Part shown: piece by piece, positions 62,301-64,000 of the stretch
How positions within the stretch are numbered: position 1 is the first letter of the stretch
Layout: every line of letters starts with the position of its first letter
Assembly: GCA_035285545.1 (NCBI GenBank)
Contig: JAYKGY010000043.1
Coordinates: 21,830-85,829 of the forward strand
From: Snowella sp.
Lineage (GTDB): Bacteria; Cyanobacteriota; Cyanobacteriia; Cyanobacteriales; Microcystaceae
DNA length: 64,000 bases
Reading direction: 5' to 3'
The notes under the pieces: generated by a model
Database searches by the model: none
Seen by the model: only the letters and a program-made list of their open reading frames with translations
What the model was told of the DNA's origin: nothing
Position numbers and translations under genes: made by a program

Positions 62301-63900
62301 AACTACAGATACGATTAATCTAAATAATTTAACCATTCAAGGTAGCGGAAAGTTAGTCTTACAGCCTAATAATGCTTCAACATCTATTGGTCTTGGTGCT
62401 GGTGCGGGAATTTTTAGCCTTGACAGCACCGAATTAGGTAAGATTCAAAATGGCTTCAATTCAATTACTATTGGGCGAAGTGATAGTAGCGGTGCAATTA
62501 ATGTAGTAGGAAACGCTACTTTTAATGATCCTGTTATTTTACTTTCTCCTACCGTTAACTTAAATGCGCCAATTAATCTAGCGGGAAATAATCTGTCAGG
62601 AAATGCAACTACGGTTAATATTGCGAATGGAGGAACAGTCGCCACAACAGGATTAATTCAAAATGGAGTAGATGTCCTTGCTTCTGGTGGAACTATTAAT
62701 TTAGTAGCAGGAACCTATACTCAGGGTGAAGCATTTATCAGTAAAAGTTTAAACATTACAGGAAATGGAGCGAGTAATACGATTGTTAGTGGAAATAATG
62801 CTTCTCGTGTCTTTAATATTTCAGGAGCAGGAATAACAGTTACGTTAGAGGGATTAACCGTTACTCAAGGGAATGCATTTAATAGCTCAGGTGGAGGGAT
62901 TTTAGTAAATAACAGTAATACGTCTACACTAAACAAATTAATACTAAACAACAGTATTGTTTTTAATAACAAAGCCCAAGATTCGGGTGGAATCCATAAT
63001 CTAGATAGTAGCGTAACTATTAATAATAGTACTATTTCTAATAATGAAGGAACGGTAGTTGGTGGTATCAGTAACAATGGTGCTCAATCATCTTTAACAG
63101 TTAACAACAGCACAATTTTTAATAACAGGGCAACAAGATCCTCTAGTAACGGTGGTGGTCTTGGCGGTGGTATTGATAATAATCAAGGAACAATAAATAT
63201 TAACAATAGTACTGTCTCTGGAAATTCTTCGTCAGACGCAGGAGGGATTAAGACTTATTTAGGAAATATACAAATTACCAACAGTACCGTTTTTGGTAAT
63301 TCAGGGGGCGGCATATTCAACGCTGGCACAGTAATAAATATCGGTAACACTATAATAGCAGGCAATATAACATCAACTACATCTAAAGATGTTTTGGGAA
63401 CTTTCAATGATTTAGGAAATAATTTAATCGGAATCAGTGATGGAAGCACAGGATTTACGGTTAGCACTTTGGTTGGAACTAATAGCGATCCTATTCACCC
63501 CCCTATTGAACCCTTACTTTCTCCTTTACAAGATAATGGTGGCCCAACTCAAACCCATGCGCTGTTGCCAGGAAGTCCCGCCATTAATGCAGGAACTAAT
63601 AGCTTAATTCCATCGGGAGTAACTACAGATCAACGAGGAATCACTCGTATTGTTAATGGAACCGTAGATATAGGAGCTTTTGAATCTCGTGGATTTACTC
63701 TAACTCCCATCAGTGGTAGTACACCTCAAACAACTAATGTCACTCAATCTTTTGCTAATCCTCTAGCTGTTCAAGTCACTTCCCTAGACGGATTTGCTGT
63801 GACGGGTGGAACCGTTAACTTTACTAGTAATGGAACCTCAGCCAATGCTAACCTCAGTAGTTCTACAGCGACAATTAGAGCCTATCCGAAAAGTCAATAG
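59371..63900 (+). CDS. TpsA filamentous haemagglutinin-family exoprotein, probably 3'-truncated
   Basis: Signal peptide; TPS domain NLFHS...NILTRV.GG..S.ING...NLYLMNPAG; GGFVETSG; G/S/T/N-rich beta-helix repeats; LQDNGGPTQTHALLPGSPAINAG...DQRG...DIGAFE module; abrupt end. Confidence 0.9.
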   Translation: MKTLSTLLTRSLVTAFLLPLGTANSLLAQVTPANDGTGTVVNINGNQFNIEGGTLSGNGANLFHSLEKLGLNRDQIANFLANPQVQNILTRVVGGDASIINGLIQVSGGNANLYLMNPAGVIFGPNAMINVRGDFVVTTATGIGFGNDQWFKAVGSNDYQTLIGNPSQFAFDLANPGAILNAGNLSVGEGQNISLIGGSVLNTGTISAPGGDITIAAIPGTSRVKISKAGNLVSLEVELSPNPDMAQQILPLDLPTLLTEGAKSGVILPENTEKILAPGSVITEGEISAAGTQGGQVALVGQQVGVINGLIDASGVNGGGTVRIGGDYQGQGSIPNATSTLIDANSQIKADGLGLGDGGKVIVWADGNTQFDGAISAKGGLLGGNGGFVETSGKDSLTVSGAVEANAFNGNSGTWLIDPTDITIVNGTGAIGSSLVGASTINDALNSGTNVIITTAIGGSQSGNITQNSNAAINWSSSSSLTLNADRDITINGSITATGSGAVNLNAAQSIGLRDGSSIQTTSGAVNLTANQGGISAVGSTITTTTGNITLTGTNNSSGSFNDGILLFDNSAISSQDGNIHLEGTSNANGENNDGVEINPNSSVLVETTGSGNITIIGTATVSGEGVNTGRTKTNTGSINITGTGINDPDGEIKIFQVESTGGGNITLTGNTIGFDGDIKSTGNLVLQPLTPSTSIGIGNSASGTFNLNSTKLTRIQNGFNSITIGRSDSSGTINVAGDVAFNDPVTLRSPAGGSINFNSGSSLNTNNNFLTLNAGQDITLNSNSSISTGTGNVQFDAARSITLSSGSSITTTSGAINLNANKNGTGTGNFIGIPLSNSSITSQTGNITLFGQGGNTSGFGNDGIGTGANTIETGGNITLTGIGGAGDGSSGIDLYGGLINATGTGNINITGTGGTGNTSNEGILIYNGGKIQSASGYINLVGIGQTGTGSEGITGKTLGSETGTIGSAATTGEITLTTDTINLNNLTIQGSGKLVLQPNNASTSIGLGAGAGIFSLDSTELGKIQNGFNSITIGRSDSSGAINVVGNATFNDPVILLSPTVNLNAPINLAGNNLSGNATTVNIANGGTVATTGLIQNGVDVLASGGTINLVAGTYTQGEAFISKSLNITGNGASNTIVSGNNASRVFNISGAGITVTLEGLTVTQGNAFNSSGGGILVNNSNTSTLNKLILNNSIVFNNKAQDSGGIHNLDSSVTINNSTISNNEGTVVGGISNNGAQSSLTVNNSTIFNNRATRSSSNGGGLGGGIDNNQGTININNSTVSGNSSSDAGGIKTYLGNIQITNSTVFGNSGGGIFNAGTVINIGNTIIAGNITSTTSKDVLGTFNDLGNNLIGISDGSTGFTVSTLVGTNSDPIHPPIEPLLSPLQDNGGPTQTHALLPGSPAINAGTNSLIPSGVTTDQRGITRIVNGTVDIGAFESRGFTLTPISGSTPQTTNVTQSFANPLAVQVTSLDGFAVTGGTVNFTSNGTSANANLSSSTATIRAYPKSQ

Positions 63901-64000
63901 GAACGAAATTGGTACATTTTAGCGAACGCTAACTTCACTAGCTAGGTGGACGGTTATTTCCCTAGCAAATGCTCGGATAACTATCTCTCAAATGAGTCCT
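63878..64000. mobile_element. Probable IS5-family/MITE terminus inserted into tpsA
   Basis: TTA followed by GAGCCTATCCGAAAAGTC, the same GAG-N7-GAAAAG pattern as the 33189 element end; the coding pattern changes here and the stop lies 20 bp inside. Confidence 0.6.

Overview
Cyanobacterial chromosomal DNA. The HIP1 octamer GCGATCGC recurs throughout, and the gene content resembles unicellular Chroococcales/Synechocystis relatives (inference). Left part: a >1227-aa CBS-GAF-PAS hybrid histidine kinase runs off the left edge and is missing from the ORF track; its GAF is a dual-Cys DXCF cyanobacteriochrome. It is followed by a REC-kinase, a GNAT and an LprI gene. Next is a complete chemosensory operon (PatA-type regulator, CheA-REC, MCP, CheB, CheR-TPR, tandem CheW) that, unusually for cyanobacteria, keeps methylation-based adaptation enzymes. 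Middle: mostly housekeeping genes (hisA, photolyase, cbiET, asnS, gcvT, pedR, murQ, ppc, egtC, nifU-like, glnB, rdgB). These are interrupted by an SthK-like cyclic-nucleotide-gated channel, a Septu/PtuAB-like ATPase+HNH defence pair with no reverse transcriptase, an uncharacterised toxin-antitoxin-like pair, and several MITE-like shells sharing a G/C-run core. Right end: a two-partner secretion locus (TpsB, membrane TPR protein, FecR-like/TPR protein, TpsA). It appears doubly damaged, with a frameshift after the TpsB signal peptide and an IS-like end truncating TpsA. No rRNA, tRNA or CRISPR array was recognised. All calls come from reading the sequence; no searches were run.
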